DNA from: Asterias rubens
Lineage: Eukaryota
Direction: 5' to 3'
DNA: 64,000 bases
Assembly (NCBI RefSeq): GCF_902459465.1
Contig: NC_047062.1
Span: 29,698,001 to 29,762,000 of the forward strand
How positions within the stretch are numbered: the stretch's first letter is position 1; every line of letters starts with the position of its first letter. The notes beneath the pieces are model-generated. The model saw only the letters and a list, made by a program, of their open reading frames with translations, made no database searches and had not been told where the DNA came from. The translations under genes and the position numbers were made by a program. This document shows, one piece after another, positions 49,701-62,200 of this stretch.

Positions 49701-50800
49701 AACAACCTCCTTTTGACCTCTAGGTGAGGGCGCCCTACTGAAATTACGTCATGTGCATTTATAAGGTCTATGACAATTTTGTTTAAAGCAGTACAGGCCC
49801 CCATCACAATAACTGGGCTGGGTCTATATAAATTGCCTACTCTGCCACAACCCCACAGTAATTGCCGCGGTGCTTGGTTTTGCTGTGGTGCATGCCCTTT
49901 TGCAGGTGCACATATGCACCTTACCGGAGGAAAATTGCTGTGCCGTTTCATTCAAGGGTATAAAGGCCTATTTTAATTATATATTTCATGTAATGAAACC
50001 AAGGATACAGCACAGGGAATCCCAGCACAGCCCACGCAACATTTTGCAAAACATTTTCCCCGAAAACAGCTAACAATAACATTAACAAATACATTTTAAC
50101 AACACAGCAAACTTATATTATAAACACAGCAAACATGGCACAAAAAAAACGAAATAATAGTAACTTGGATAATGAACATTATTTGTTTGTTTGTTTGTTT
50201 TTATGATCTTCCCATCGAGGGAACTCGGCAAACTCCCACATGGGGATATGGAAAACACCACGCTGGCAACAACCAATCTCTCTCATACAAACTTTGGTTT
50301 AGCGTCTACGATTATGAATTGCACAAATCAAGAAATTGTGGACCAGTAAGTGTAACTAGATGACAATATTTATTCTAGTCATTGTGAAATCAGCGGTTAG
50401 CTGGGGATTTGAACCCACAACCTTGTGATTGCAAGTCCTGCAGTCTAACCACCCACTTGACCATAATGATATTGGCATTACAATGCAAATGAATTTAATT
50501 TCATGCAAAACCATTTCAGTGAAATGGCACCATTTTCATTACATACAATTATTACACGACACTCAAAATGCAATTTCGAGGAAGGAGATAGACAGACGAA
50601 GATGATGTTGTCAACTGACAGGAGAGGAGGCAAAATCAAGGAATACCAAGAAATAAAATTAAAATTGTGAAAAGGCGGTCGGCGGGTCTTGCTTGCTGGA
50701 TGGCTGAACAACGGCGGGGGCATGCAACACCTATTTGCACACCTAGAGAATAAAATTGTAACATACACTTACGATTCCTGAATCCTGCCGGAACATCCAT
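43783..50800 (-). CDS. YIF1: Protein YIF1 (YIF1A/YIF1B co-ortholog), ER-Golgi trafficking, 316 aa, 7 exons
   Basis: complement(join(43783..43950,44665..44758,45502..45657,47127..47266,47736..47840,48769..49028,50773..50800)), 951 nt. Motifs [53 protein letters not shown]. The short first exon (MDVPAGFRN) is the least certain. Confidence 0.92.
45720..45885. repeat. ~170-bp dispersed repeat (CAGGC...CCTG ends); copies at ~23098-23277, 25355-25455, 42622-43110 (interrupted) and 54632-54807 (inverted)
   Basis: Shared TACTTCACGGAGGC, GCCTTGGTGCCCTTGAAATGCTCCAG, TTTCCTCATAGGG, AAAACGAAGCATAC. Confidence 0.75.
46128..46369. mobile_element. PIF/Harbinger-like MITE, CTG TSD
   Basis: CTG-GGGCCAATT ... 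AATTGGGCC-CTG; same interior as 20489-20731. Degraded relatives at ~3678-3859, 5295-5440, 8346-8453, 12394-12573, 13390-13584, 41782-41956. Confidence 0.8.
46675..47060. mobile_element. Kolobok-like MITE, near-consensus copy in a YIF1 intron
   Basis: TTAA-AGGCAGTGGACACTATTGGTAATT ... AATTACCAATAGTGTCCACTGCCT-TTAA, perfect ~24-bp TIR. Confidence 0.88.
48273..48504. mobile_element. Harbinger-like MITE, second subfamily (CWG flanks); relative at ~32615-32830
   Basis: CTG-GGCCCAATTTCATGGCTCTGC ... GCAGAGCCATGAAATTGGGCC-CAG. Confidence 0.75.
49595..49769. mobile_element. ISL2EU-like MITE (AT TSD) in YIF1 intron 1
   Basis: AT-[AGACCTTAT ... ATAAGGTCT]-AT. Confidence 0.6.
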
Positions 50801-53208
50801 GCTTACTTACAAATAAAATAGTGAAATCTTCAAATATTTATCGGCATTTTATGCAATTCAACGGTGAAGGATGGGTTTGACAAGTAATTTGTGCCACGAC
50901 AAAAATATTAACTGGCTACCCAGCAACCTTTTACAGGATACGTATGTCGCAGCACAAGGAACAGTCGGGAACCAGTGTAGCTTTCTGAACAAACAGACGA
51001 CTATTTTATGAACAAATTAATTGATAACCAACCAATATTTTCTGAACAATGCGATCAAAATTAACGCGATATAATCAAAACAGTTTTCATAAGTGGGAAA
51101 TGGATCAAATTGTGCACGTTTGCTTTATTTAGTGTCTTATTTCCAGAATTGTGAGCTGGTTTAAAATGTCAGCCGCTGTTCCAGATTATTTACTCAGCAT
51201 CAGCAGAAAACAGACGTCGGTGATGCGTCAATGGATGAAATAGTCAGGTTCCAATTTGCAAATCGGCGACCGTGTACTCTTTATCTACTGATCGATAAAC
51301 AATGATAAATCGAACACAAACATTATTTTGCGCACTGCCTGGGAGTACTGCCGGCCCGTCCCTCTTTATCAAAACCCTTGACAAAATTATAACCGGAGGA
51401 AATTTCAAAATGAAAAGAGGGGAATGTCCTTCCCGCCTGGCCAGAAATGCTTTTTTTAATCGCTGTTTTTTTTTTCTTTTTCTTTTTTTCCATAGTTTCA
51501 TTGTTATCGTATAAAATTGTTGTAAAAAGCACAACTCATTGTTTGATTTATCTAGTAAATTTCCAACTTACTTAAATTCTTTTATTGTTGGAGAGGCTTT
51601 TGCATAAGACGCTTTACAATTGTCATTATTATTATAGTTTGTATATTATTTTGAAACAAGAATAAAAAAGCATCCGTCCTTATAAAATTCTCCCACCCAC
51701 AATTTAAAAAGCCACCCAAACCCCATACCAAGCTACTCCGGAAAAATAGACAAGATATATAATCTGAAATGGATGAAACTTTATTCATTCAACGATTTGA
51801 ATCGGCCTGAATGTCGATAGGTTAATTTCTACTTGCACGCGCGTCACGATTGGACAAAAGTTCAAGCTCTTGTTGACACACACACCTTGTACACATTTTG
51901 GGCGTGGTCATCACAAAGTTCTGAAAGCTAGATGAGGGGGCGAAATTACCTATTTTTGTGCACACACATTGTCTACACTGCATAATCTCTGTCCTTACTC
52001 TATGATAAAACCCTTCCTCTCTACACATAAAAACCATGCATAAACATTGCGTAACGATCCGAGCGTTACGTTACTGATTGATTATCAATTATCACTATTT
52101 ACAAACTCGATGATACGAAAACAGTTTCGAACGTCTGGTCCCCTGTCTTCTTTCTCAACCATTGAGTTACACGTGTGGGATAGTCTTTTGTGGAGATAGA
52201 TGAGCTACTTGGTCAATAAATGTGACATGTGTGCGAAAAGGATCGGATGATCGCTATATGCGGCAACTGCTGAGAGCTCCGTTGATGCAAAGGCAGCCAA
52301 ATTACAGCACACCCATTTTATGTAAGCTGGTCAATCATTGCATCATATTCGTGAGCTCTTTTATGGACTGTCGGTAAAGTAAACTCACCTTTTATTTATT
52401 TTCACTGTTTTATGCGCCGTATATTGTTTTCAACCGATCGCCCGATGTGTGTGGGGTGATGTATGGGGTGCATAATGAACAAAAAATCTTGCCTACATAA
52501 CAAAACACTACACACAAATATAATTTAATTATGCACATATCGTGAAAAATACCGACTAAAAAATAGTTTCATGGAAACTGAATTAAAAACCTAACTAACT
52601 AAGCACTATACTAAGTGCATAAGTATAATAAATAAATGTAATTAATTTTTAAAAAGTTGTTCATTTATAAATATTATAAATAATTTGCTTTTTTATTTTA
52701 CTTAGTCACCATGGTTACTTATAATAAGTTTGGTTTGGTATATTTTTAGTAAAATAATCTAGAGTAGAGGAGTAGAGGGAATATAAGTAGTACCAACTTT
52801 GTATGTTTTGTAAACCTAGTAACTGGGGCGCTGTACTCCAAATTTTGAAATATTTGGTTATGCAATAACCGTATTATTACCCTCCATCCTCCCGACAGTC
52901 GCAGAGTCGCAGGGTTACGATTATCACAACTACTTACTATGGTCATACTACGACCGCAGATGTCAAATCTTTGTAAAGGTTGCAGCGACAACTGCTTTTC
53001 TGTCTTGGTTCAATAAAAAGAGGAAAAGTTTCCGTATGGCGCCACAACTTTTTCATTTGTTATGAAATAATATAGGCCCCCTAGTATCTAATTTACCTCA
53101 ATGAGATATCCCTTTTTGTAGAAATGAGTGAAAAAGTGGTGGCGCCATACGGAAAGTTATCCTAAAAAAAATAATGATCACCAATAAAAAAAATGATTAT
53201 ATTTCCAG
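50801..53208. promoter_or_regulatory. Divergent (head-to-head) YIF1/GNPAT promoter region
   Basis: YIF1 starts at 50800 on - and GNPAT continues on +. CpG-enriched patches at about 50900-51450 and 52050-52400. TSSs not located. Confidence 0.45.
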
Positions 53209-53225
53209 AGAGAAGTGTCACCAAA

Positions 53226-56200
53226 ATGACAGGACCCACTGATGAATATCAAGATCTTCTGGATCCCAGACGGAAACAGTTTGACATAAACTTCGCATTC
53301 AAGCACAGAGCTTCACTGTTGCCAGAGTACCAGTATGTCACTCATATGTCCAATGCAGACATTAAGAATATGGTGTTGAAGTCACGACGATTGAAGCATA
53401 CCATAGAAGAGGTACGGTTACAATTAAGTGTATTTAATAAAAATGACACTCTGAACAAAGATTTTGACAAAATAGGGAACCCAACAACATAGGGCTAGAT
53501 AGCTCAGTTGGTAGAGCGCAGGCAGGTTCATCTGGAGGTTGTTGATTCAAGTCATCCCACTCCAGTAAATTTTTCTTTGTTTTACACCAAATCATAAATG
53601 TTTTTTTTTCCTGGTAATGAAACAAGAATGCCTCATAAGTTTACACAATCACTGTAAACAAGAGTGCTTGCGGTTTGGGAGTATACCACTCATCTTATAT
53701 ACCGCCCTCTAGTGACAACTACACGCCATACACTTATCACACTCGGCCAAAGCCTGAACATCTGACGTCACACTTCGAGGCTCGTGAATAACGCCAGAGA
53801 CCTGCCTTGAGACCGGCGTGTATATTCACCTTTGACCTACCCTCATTTCACATAGAGATACGCAGTCAAATTCTATTGCGGGCGTGACAGCAGTGACTGT
53901 TTGGGCATCTATGTCACTGCACGTTTATCAAATGATATCATTGCATCCAATGGAATCACTGGATCTAGCGGCAGGGACCTGTCTTTATAAAGACAGGGGC
54001 CCAGTCTAACTCGGCCATGGCACTCTTTTTGGACCTGACATCACCGAGTGCACTCAAATTGTAAGTGCTTTAAAGATAATACAAAATACAAGGTTTTGTA
54101 TAATAACTGATCCGTTTATTCGTAAATAGCCTAAAAATAGTGAAAAATAAATGGTTAATTTTACAGTCTGTTTTTGTTATAGATTGTTGCTTGTGAGGAT
54201 CGAACAGAGAATGACGTCTTCAAAGAAGCCAAGGACATCTTGGAGGAAATGGCCCACAGTTATTCTGAAAACAATATCCGCTTCTTGTCTTACTTTTTCG
54301 CCAAAATATTTAAGAAACTCTACGGTCACATCTACGTCAACAAGGCAGGCCTAGAAAAGGTACGCACATCCTTATCAGCATTCTCATTTAACAGTGGTTC
54401 GCTGGCCCACACCTGAGAACCAGTCAAAATTTACTCCATGTGGTTCGGCCCGCAAGTTCAGTGTTGACCCCATCCCCTATTTAAGGACACTGGACACCTT
54501 TGGTAATTGTCAGATACCAGTATTCTCACTTGGTGTATCCCAACATATGAATAAAATAACAAACCTGTGAAAATTTGGACTCATTTGGCCATCAAAGTTG
54601 CAAGAGACTAATGAAAGAACAAACACTCTTGCAGGCATGTATGCTTCGTTTTTCAAAGGGCAAAGGCACCGAGGCATTTTCTCCTTGGTACAGGGCACCC
54701 TATGAGAAAATTGTCAATTTCTACTGGAGCATTTCAAGGGCACCAAGGCATTGACGAAGGGGCATGAAGGCAATCGCCTTTGCTGCCTCCGTGAAGTATC
54801 AGGCCTGCTTTGTCATATCATTTCATTTATTAATTCTGGTTGTGAAGCAAATTTAATCATTGTACTAGCCAAGAACCCAATGGAGAGAAAACAAGGGAGT
54901 AAATTTCAGCTTGAGATGTGGGAGGAAAACCCTAGAGAATTATTTTTAGAGAAAACCCGCTCAGTCGGATAGGAACTGTTGTGGAAACCCAATCCACATA
55001 GTGCCCCCGGTGGGATTTGTACCAGGGTCCCAGAGGTGGGAGGCAAAGCATGGTATCCATATTAGGTTTTTCTTGATCTATTGCAATGTTGTATTTTGTG
55101 TTAGAATACCAAGGGATGTTTGTTTGCATCATTTATTCAGTGAACAGTAATACACAATTTAGTAGCCCCTGATAATTTTTCTTCTTCTAAATGTGGTTTC
55201 TTTTTCAGCTTCGTAATTGCTACCGAGATACTCCGGTTGTGCTGTTACCCACTCATCGTAGTTACGTTGACTTCTTGCTGATGTCTTACATGATGTTTGA
55301 GTACAACCTACCATTGCCTTACATAGCAGCGGGAGCTGGTATGTTTACCTTGGTCCAATAAGCTAATAATAATAATAATAATGCATTTGTAATGCGCAAT
55401 CTATCTAGTGAACAAGACCCTATTCCGAGGCGCAGAACAAACAAAAAAATACATATACAGTAAAAAGAAATGTAGAACATAATAAAAAATTATACAATGA
55501 ATAATTTACTGTCAAGACATGTAACGAGCTAAGTGTATGAGGATTTAAATAAATGAGTTTTCAGCAAGTTTTTAAACAATGGAACAGAATTACAGCATCT
55601 GATGTTGATCATTCCAAAGTTTAGGAGCACAAGCAGAAAAGGCACGATCGCCATACGGTGAGGAAGTTCTAGGAATAGTTAAAAGGGACTTAGCAGAAAA
55701 ACGAAGAGTGCGTGAGGGGGGTGTAAGGTACAAGGAGATTTGCAATATAAGACGGGGTTAAGTCAATCTGAGATTCAAATGTAATAAGTAGAATTTTGAA
55801 TCACCAAATAGACTTGAATAGGGAGGTCTTGATAAAAGACTTGCTTCAAAAGCCCCTTTCACACTACCCTAATCCCAGGGTTGTCCCTGGGAATAGCTGC
55901 TGGCCTTTTCACACTGTGATCATTGTACCCCCCGTCTGCCCGAGCAAACGGGCGTACCCCGGGAAATGCCACCCCTGCTCTGGAGAAGGGATAAGGGGTA
56001 AAAACCTGGGGTATCCTTGAAATGTGCAGCCGGAATCCTGTGGATCAGGAACCTAGGCGGGGACAGTGTGAAAATGCGCCAGGGTAATCTAGTTAGTTAC
56101 AATTCTTATTACCCTTACTTACGCTTGAAAGTATACTTTAATACTTAACAAAAGTACTTTTTGTTTTGCTGCAGATTTCAACGCCATGAAATTTGTGAAC

Positions 56201-59200
56201 ACTATTCTAAGGAAAGCAGGAGCCTTCTATATCCGACGATCCTTTGGGTCAGACAGACTCTACTGGGCGATATTCACTGAGTACGTCCAGATATTGGTCA
56301 TGAATGGAGAGGCACCGTTAGAATTCTATCCTGAGGGAACGAGAAGTCGAACGGGCAAATTCCTGCCACCGAAACGAGGTGAGTCAAGTATCCTGTCTTC
56401 TCTTGCATGCTTTTAAATGGCGCCTAGACCACAGTTCAGAAGTTCTTTACAAAATTGGAGTTTTGAGTAGTTCTTACCAAGGAGTTATGAGGAAATGTGT
56501 ATAAAGATTATTACCTACACTTTGAGTTGTTTGAACCATTGACTTGTTCAAGTTTTCTTACGGATTCTGGAATCTTGAATTGTTGTACACTCCTGAAGGC
56601 ATTGCTGCTGTCCTGGAGAGGGTGGGTTGCAAAATCCATTTGTGCTCTGTGGTTATGCTGTTAATATTGTTCTTATAAGATGTGGTATTGTCAGTTTGTC
56701 CTGAGAGAGATTGGAAGTTCGATCCCTCTTATTGTCCATTTCACCTGACGTCATCATCAGAAAAATCTTGAATCCGCCATACTGGTGGGTAATTTCACTG
56801 TACGTTTATATATAACCCTATGCTGTGCGTTATGCAGTGAAGTGTGCATTTTAGGCGACGCTGGGTTAATACACGTAAACCTAACTGCCCACCAACATGG
56901 TGAGCGTGGCATCAGTCGCCGCGTGTGACGCGCATGCAAGGGGTCAATAGCTGGCAGTGCTTTTCTTTGAAGCCCTTGTAGATTTACAGATTCAACCCTC
57001 TTATTATGTCAGGTCTGTTACAAGTGGTCGTGGAGCCATTCATGAAAGGTCGTGTACCAGACATTAGTCTGGTTCCCATCAGTATCAGCTATGACAGAAT
57101 ACTGGAGGAGACATTACATAGCAGGGAGATGTTGGGCATTCCGAAGCCAAAGGAATCTACATCGGTAAGATTGCCTTTCATGTATTGGTTTCAAACCTCG
57201 GCTTGGGCTCTGGCTATGACTGCAGGGTTTGTAGCTCAAAACATTTACAGAACCAGAGAGTTTGTTACAAGACCAAAATCAAAATGGGAATTATATCACT
57301 ATCTACACAGTTTCACTCTTGAGCTGTTTTTTTAAACAATAATAATAATCAGTTCTTATATAGCGCAAAATACAAAATAAAGTCTCTAAGCGCTTCTGTG
57401 ATTGAAGAGATGGGTTTTAAGTTGTGATTTAAATTGTTCTAGCGTGGCACAGTCTTTGAGATTGTTTGGAAGAGAGTTCCATAGTCTAGGTGAAGCAAAT
57501 TGGAAGGAACGTTGACCAAAGAACTTTGTGTGAACTGGAACTGCTGTGAGAAGACCTTTCGAACTGGTCCTATAAACCTGTGAAATCTGGATAGACATCT
57601 CAAAACAAAACTTTGTCAGTGCTCAAATATCCTTGTTTTAGATTAGTAACTCTTTGCCTAATCTTTGCCTAATCTTTGTTCTGTAGGGTCTGTTCAAAGC
57701 AAGCTCAATCTTTGGAGAGAATTATGGTAACATCACAGTGCACATTGGAGACCCTGTATCACTCAAGCAGATGTCAATCGTCAGCGGAGTGGATCGAAGT
57801 GTTCACAGTTTAGCACCAAGGTAAATATCACTGCATAGTTAATAAGGATAGAAAAGTGGAGTGAATCGTGTATCCCAACTATGCATATTATAGCAAATCT
57901 GTGACAATTTGGACTCATTTGGTCATCGAAGTTGCAAGAGAGTAGTGAATGAAAAAAACACCCTTTGTGCACAAATTTGTGTTCTTTCATATGCCAAACA
58001 AGATACTTCAGGCCTGAAGTCTTTTCAAATTTGAGTGAGAAATTACTTCTTTCTCCAAAACTATGTTACTTCAGAGGGAGCAATTTTTCACAATGTTTTA
58101 TACCATCAACAGCTCTCCTTTGCTCGTTACCACATAAAGTTTTTATGCTAAAAATTATTATGAGTAATTACCAACAGTGTCCAGTGCCTTTAAAGCAATG
58201 TTTGTCAGAACCATAGGTTCTCTTTAATGTTCAGAATAGACCAGCCGTCGATTTCACCAAACTCTTCCTAACTTCCCAGGTCGAAATTCCAGTTGAACCT
58301 AGTTAAACTGGAACTAGTTGAAACCAGTTGATAAACTAGTTAAACACAGTTAAAACCAGTTGGTTTAATATGGAAAACGGACAGAAACCAACTGGTTTAT
58401 AATTTCAACCTAGTTGAACACAGTTAAACCTAGTCCGAACCAGTTGGTTGATATGGAAAATGGACGAGTTTGGTCACTTTCCAGTTGAACCAGTTGACCC
58501 AGTTAACTAGGTTCAACAGGAATTTTGACCTGGGTTAGGATTAATCTTAGGACTTAGGACGGGTTCAGTTCCGTATCCAAATACGTAGGACGAATTGAAC
58601 CCATCCTAAGTTAGGACGGGTTTCCCGTAGGATTAATCCTAGCGTTTCGTGAAATCGGCCGCAGAGACAATCTATTTGGCAGAAGTTTCCCTTTCTTTCT
58701 GCAGGTTCATCTTCTCCATGAACGCACAGGAGCAGCAGTTTGTCCAGGAGCTTTGCCTGAGCATCCAGCTGATGCAGCAACGCCATATGGTGGTCTCACC
58801 GTGGGTACTGTGTGCAGCTATCCTAATCCAGCGTCCAGGGTACCAGACTAACATTCCAACATTGTGCAGTGAGTTGGAATGGCTGAAGGGGGTGGCTGTG
58901 GGTCTGGGAACCAATGTTCACTGGCCAGGTATGTGTTTAGAGGATAAGGGATAACTCAGAATTGATAATCCTGAAAAATGCACATCATTGTTTGGTTTTG
59001 TTTCCCCCCCCCCCTTTTTTGTAAATTAAAAAATATTACATAAATTTTGATATGTAGTTTATTAATTCGCATGTAAGGTGATCCCTGGCTGACGCTTCCC
59101 AGTTTGTGTCATCCTTGGCTACATGACAGCTTATGGTTTTATGGCTTCACAGACAAAGATATTGACTGATAGGGAGACCGCCAACGTATGGTTAGACAGC

Positions 59201-62200
59201 TCAGTTGGTAGAGTGCATGTACGTTAATCGGAGGCTCCTGTAAATTTTTCTTTCTTCAACACCCAAAACTATTTATAAAACCTACCGAGTCAGTATATTA
59301 CTCGTGGCCGATAGAATAAGAGGACCGAACTCAAGCTCTGGTGTTTCTGTTCAGCAGAGTGTGGGTTCGAGTCCCAGTCATGACACAATTGGGTCTGAGA
59401 GCAAGACACTTAACTATAATTGCTTCTCTCCACCCAGGGGTAAATGGGAACCTGCAAGGGCAGAGATGGTTCTTGTGATTGATTTAGCCGAGTAGCGCAT
59501 ATTTGTTGCACAGACTGTATACTCCCCAGGGAGCTGAGATGGTTTTAAGGACAAATTTAATGGCCCAGCGACCAGGGGTAATAACGTTGAAAGCCCTTTA
59601 TGACACCCTTCGGGTGTGTAAAGCACTGAATAAAAACCGATTAATATCATTATTAAATTTTCTATTCTTTGTTCTGTTTTATAGCAGGGAGGACGGTCAA
59701 TGCTGTGCTTGATGACCTGCTTGCCGTCCATCGTGATATGGTCATCGTTAACGGAAGAAGCTTGAGTCTCAATGTCCCCCAAAATGTCCAAACAAAAGAA
59801 GAAGTCATGGAGGTAAGCCATGTGTTGTAGCATACCTATGTTCGCCTGTACACCCTGTTTTTACCCCCACTCTATTTGGTTTGACTTGATGGTACTTCCA
59901 TATAACGTTTACTGGGAACCATGGATTTCTTACTGTTAAAGGCGGGGTATACTTTGGTAAACTGTCAAAGACCAGGTATGCATAAAACAACAGACCCTTG
60001 AAAAATGTTGGTGCAATTGGTCACTGGAGTTGCAAGAAAATTATGAAAGAAAAAACACCCTTGTTGCATAGAATTGTGCCTTTAGATGCCTTTGAAAGGC
60101 TTCAGGCCTGAAGTCTTTCACAGATTCAAATGTTTTAGTGACAAATTACCTGTTTCTCAAGAACTCAACAGGAGTCGTTTCTCTTAAAATGTAGGCTGCC
60201 GCTGTGTGTATCATGCTAGGTGCTTATCGGAACCAACTCATGCCATCATTGGCTCAACCAGCCCTGGTAGCTTTGTCCTTCTGTGGTATGAAAGTTGCAA
60301 CTAAAGGTATGGTATCATTTTAGCATAATAGTAATAATAGTGTACAATTATAGCATGCCAAATGTCTTAAATTATCAATTCATAAATACCTCAGACAGTT
60401 TCGCTATTCCTATTGGTGGAGAGCGCGTCACGTGGGTGTGTATAAACCTTTGTTTATGACCAGTAAAAACTGTTGAAACATGGGCGTGACACGCGAGTTT
60501 GCACCTGTGCTTTTAAGACAGTTTCTTCATTCCTATTGGTCGAGAGCAAAGGCCGAGACAGTTGTGCCACATCACGCGATACGCGCGACGCCCACAGCAT
60601 TCCCTTATAAGGAGTTGTTTACCCGAGCCCGAGGGCCTTGACTGGACCTTACCATTTCATAGCTGGAGGGGTGTTGTGTTGAAAGAAATCATTGAAAAAT
60701 TAGAATTTTTGCATTTGTTTTACTTTTTGACCATAAGTGATGATGTTTTTTGACTGAAAGGGTATTTATGAATGGGAATTAAAGTGTGTTGAATCGGTTT
60801 TCAACTAGTGGTTTAAACCTGCCGAGGCCTGGTTCTTGATAATTTACCTCAACTTCGTCTCGGTAAAATTATCAAGAACCAGGCCTCGTTGGGATGAAAC
60901 CACTAGTGGTTTAAACCTGCCAAGGCCTGGTTCTTGATAATTTACCTCGACTTCGTCTCGGTAAAATTATCAAGAACCAGGCCTCGTGGGATGAAACCAC
61001 TAGTGGTTTAAACCTGCCGAGGCCTGGTTCTTGATAATTTACCTCGATTTCGTCTCGGTAAAATTATCAAGAACCAGGCCTCATTGGGATTAAACCACTA
61101 GTTGAAAACCTCTTTACCACACATTGATTCCCTTAACTATACCAAACCATAGTAATAATTGGGGAGGCTAATCATCCTTAATCACGGCTGAAAAGCTGAG
61201 TTGCGAAGGATGTGGCTACAACGTGTTCGAGCCGCATGAATGCAAGGGGCACCTTTGGCAGTGCGGTCTTCCTCAGGCCATACAGACTCCCCCCATTAAG
61301 TGCACGAATGTTATCTGTCCACCTCGCCTTTGGCCTTCCTCTGCTGGCGCGACCAGCAACACGCTCGTCCATACATTGCTTCTCCAGGTTATCCCCTTCT
61401 CTTCTTGCAATGTGCCCAAAATACATAAGTTTCTTCTGTAGCATGGTATTGGTATTTACTTATCGAACAATATATGACCACAAAGAACAGCCAAAGATCA
61501 AAGTGTTGATTTTTCCAGAGGGAGGGACGCCAGAGAGCACAGAGAAAAACCCTCATGGCATAGGAGAGAATCAACACACATATCTACTCACATACGGCCT
61601 GAACTGGGAATTAAACTAGGGCCACATAGTGAGGGGCGTTTTTAAAGACACTGGACACTATTGGTAATTGTCAAAGACTAGTCTTCTCACTTGGTGTATC
61701 TCAACATATGCATAAAATAACAAACCTGTGAAAATTTGGGCTCGATTGGTCGTCGGAGTTGCGAGATAACTAAGAAAGAAAAAACACCATTCTCACACGA
61801 AGTTGTGTGCTTTCAGATGCTTGATTTCGAGACCTCAACTTCTAAACTTGAGGTCTCGAAATCAAATTCGTGGAAAATTACTTCTTTCTGGAAAAATATG
61901 TCACTTTAGAGGGAGCCACTTCTCACAATGTTTTATACTATCAACCTCTCCCCATTACTCGTTACCAAGTGAGGTTTTATGCTTATAATTATTTTGAGCA
62001 ATATTACCAATAGTGTCCACTGCCTTTAACCAGTGCTGTAACAACTCAAAGTGTTTAAAACTGTAATGTGACAATATCTGGATTAATTAATATTCTTTCC
62101 GTTTCTAACAGATGAGTTGTTTAGTCAGTACCAGTTTCTAGTGTCTCTCTTCAATGGAGAACTGACATTCCACCCCAAGACAACTGTTGATGTGAGTAGG

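Noticed and set aside
53493-53570. Possible tRNA gene (also 43411-43483)
   Set aside because: Only A/B boxes or a partial cloverleaf; acceptor or anticodon stems are broken, and multiple copies share non-tRNA tails, so these are SINE-type repeats.
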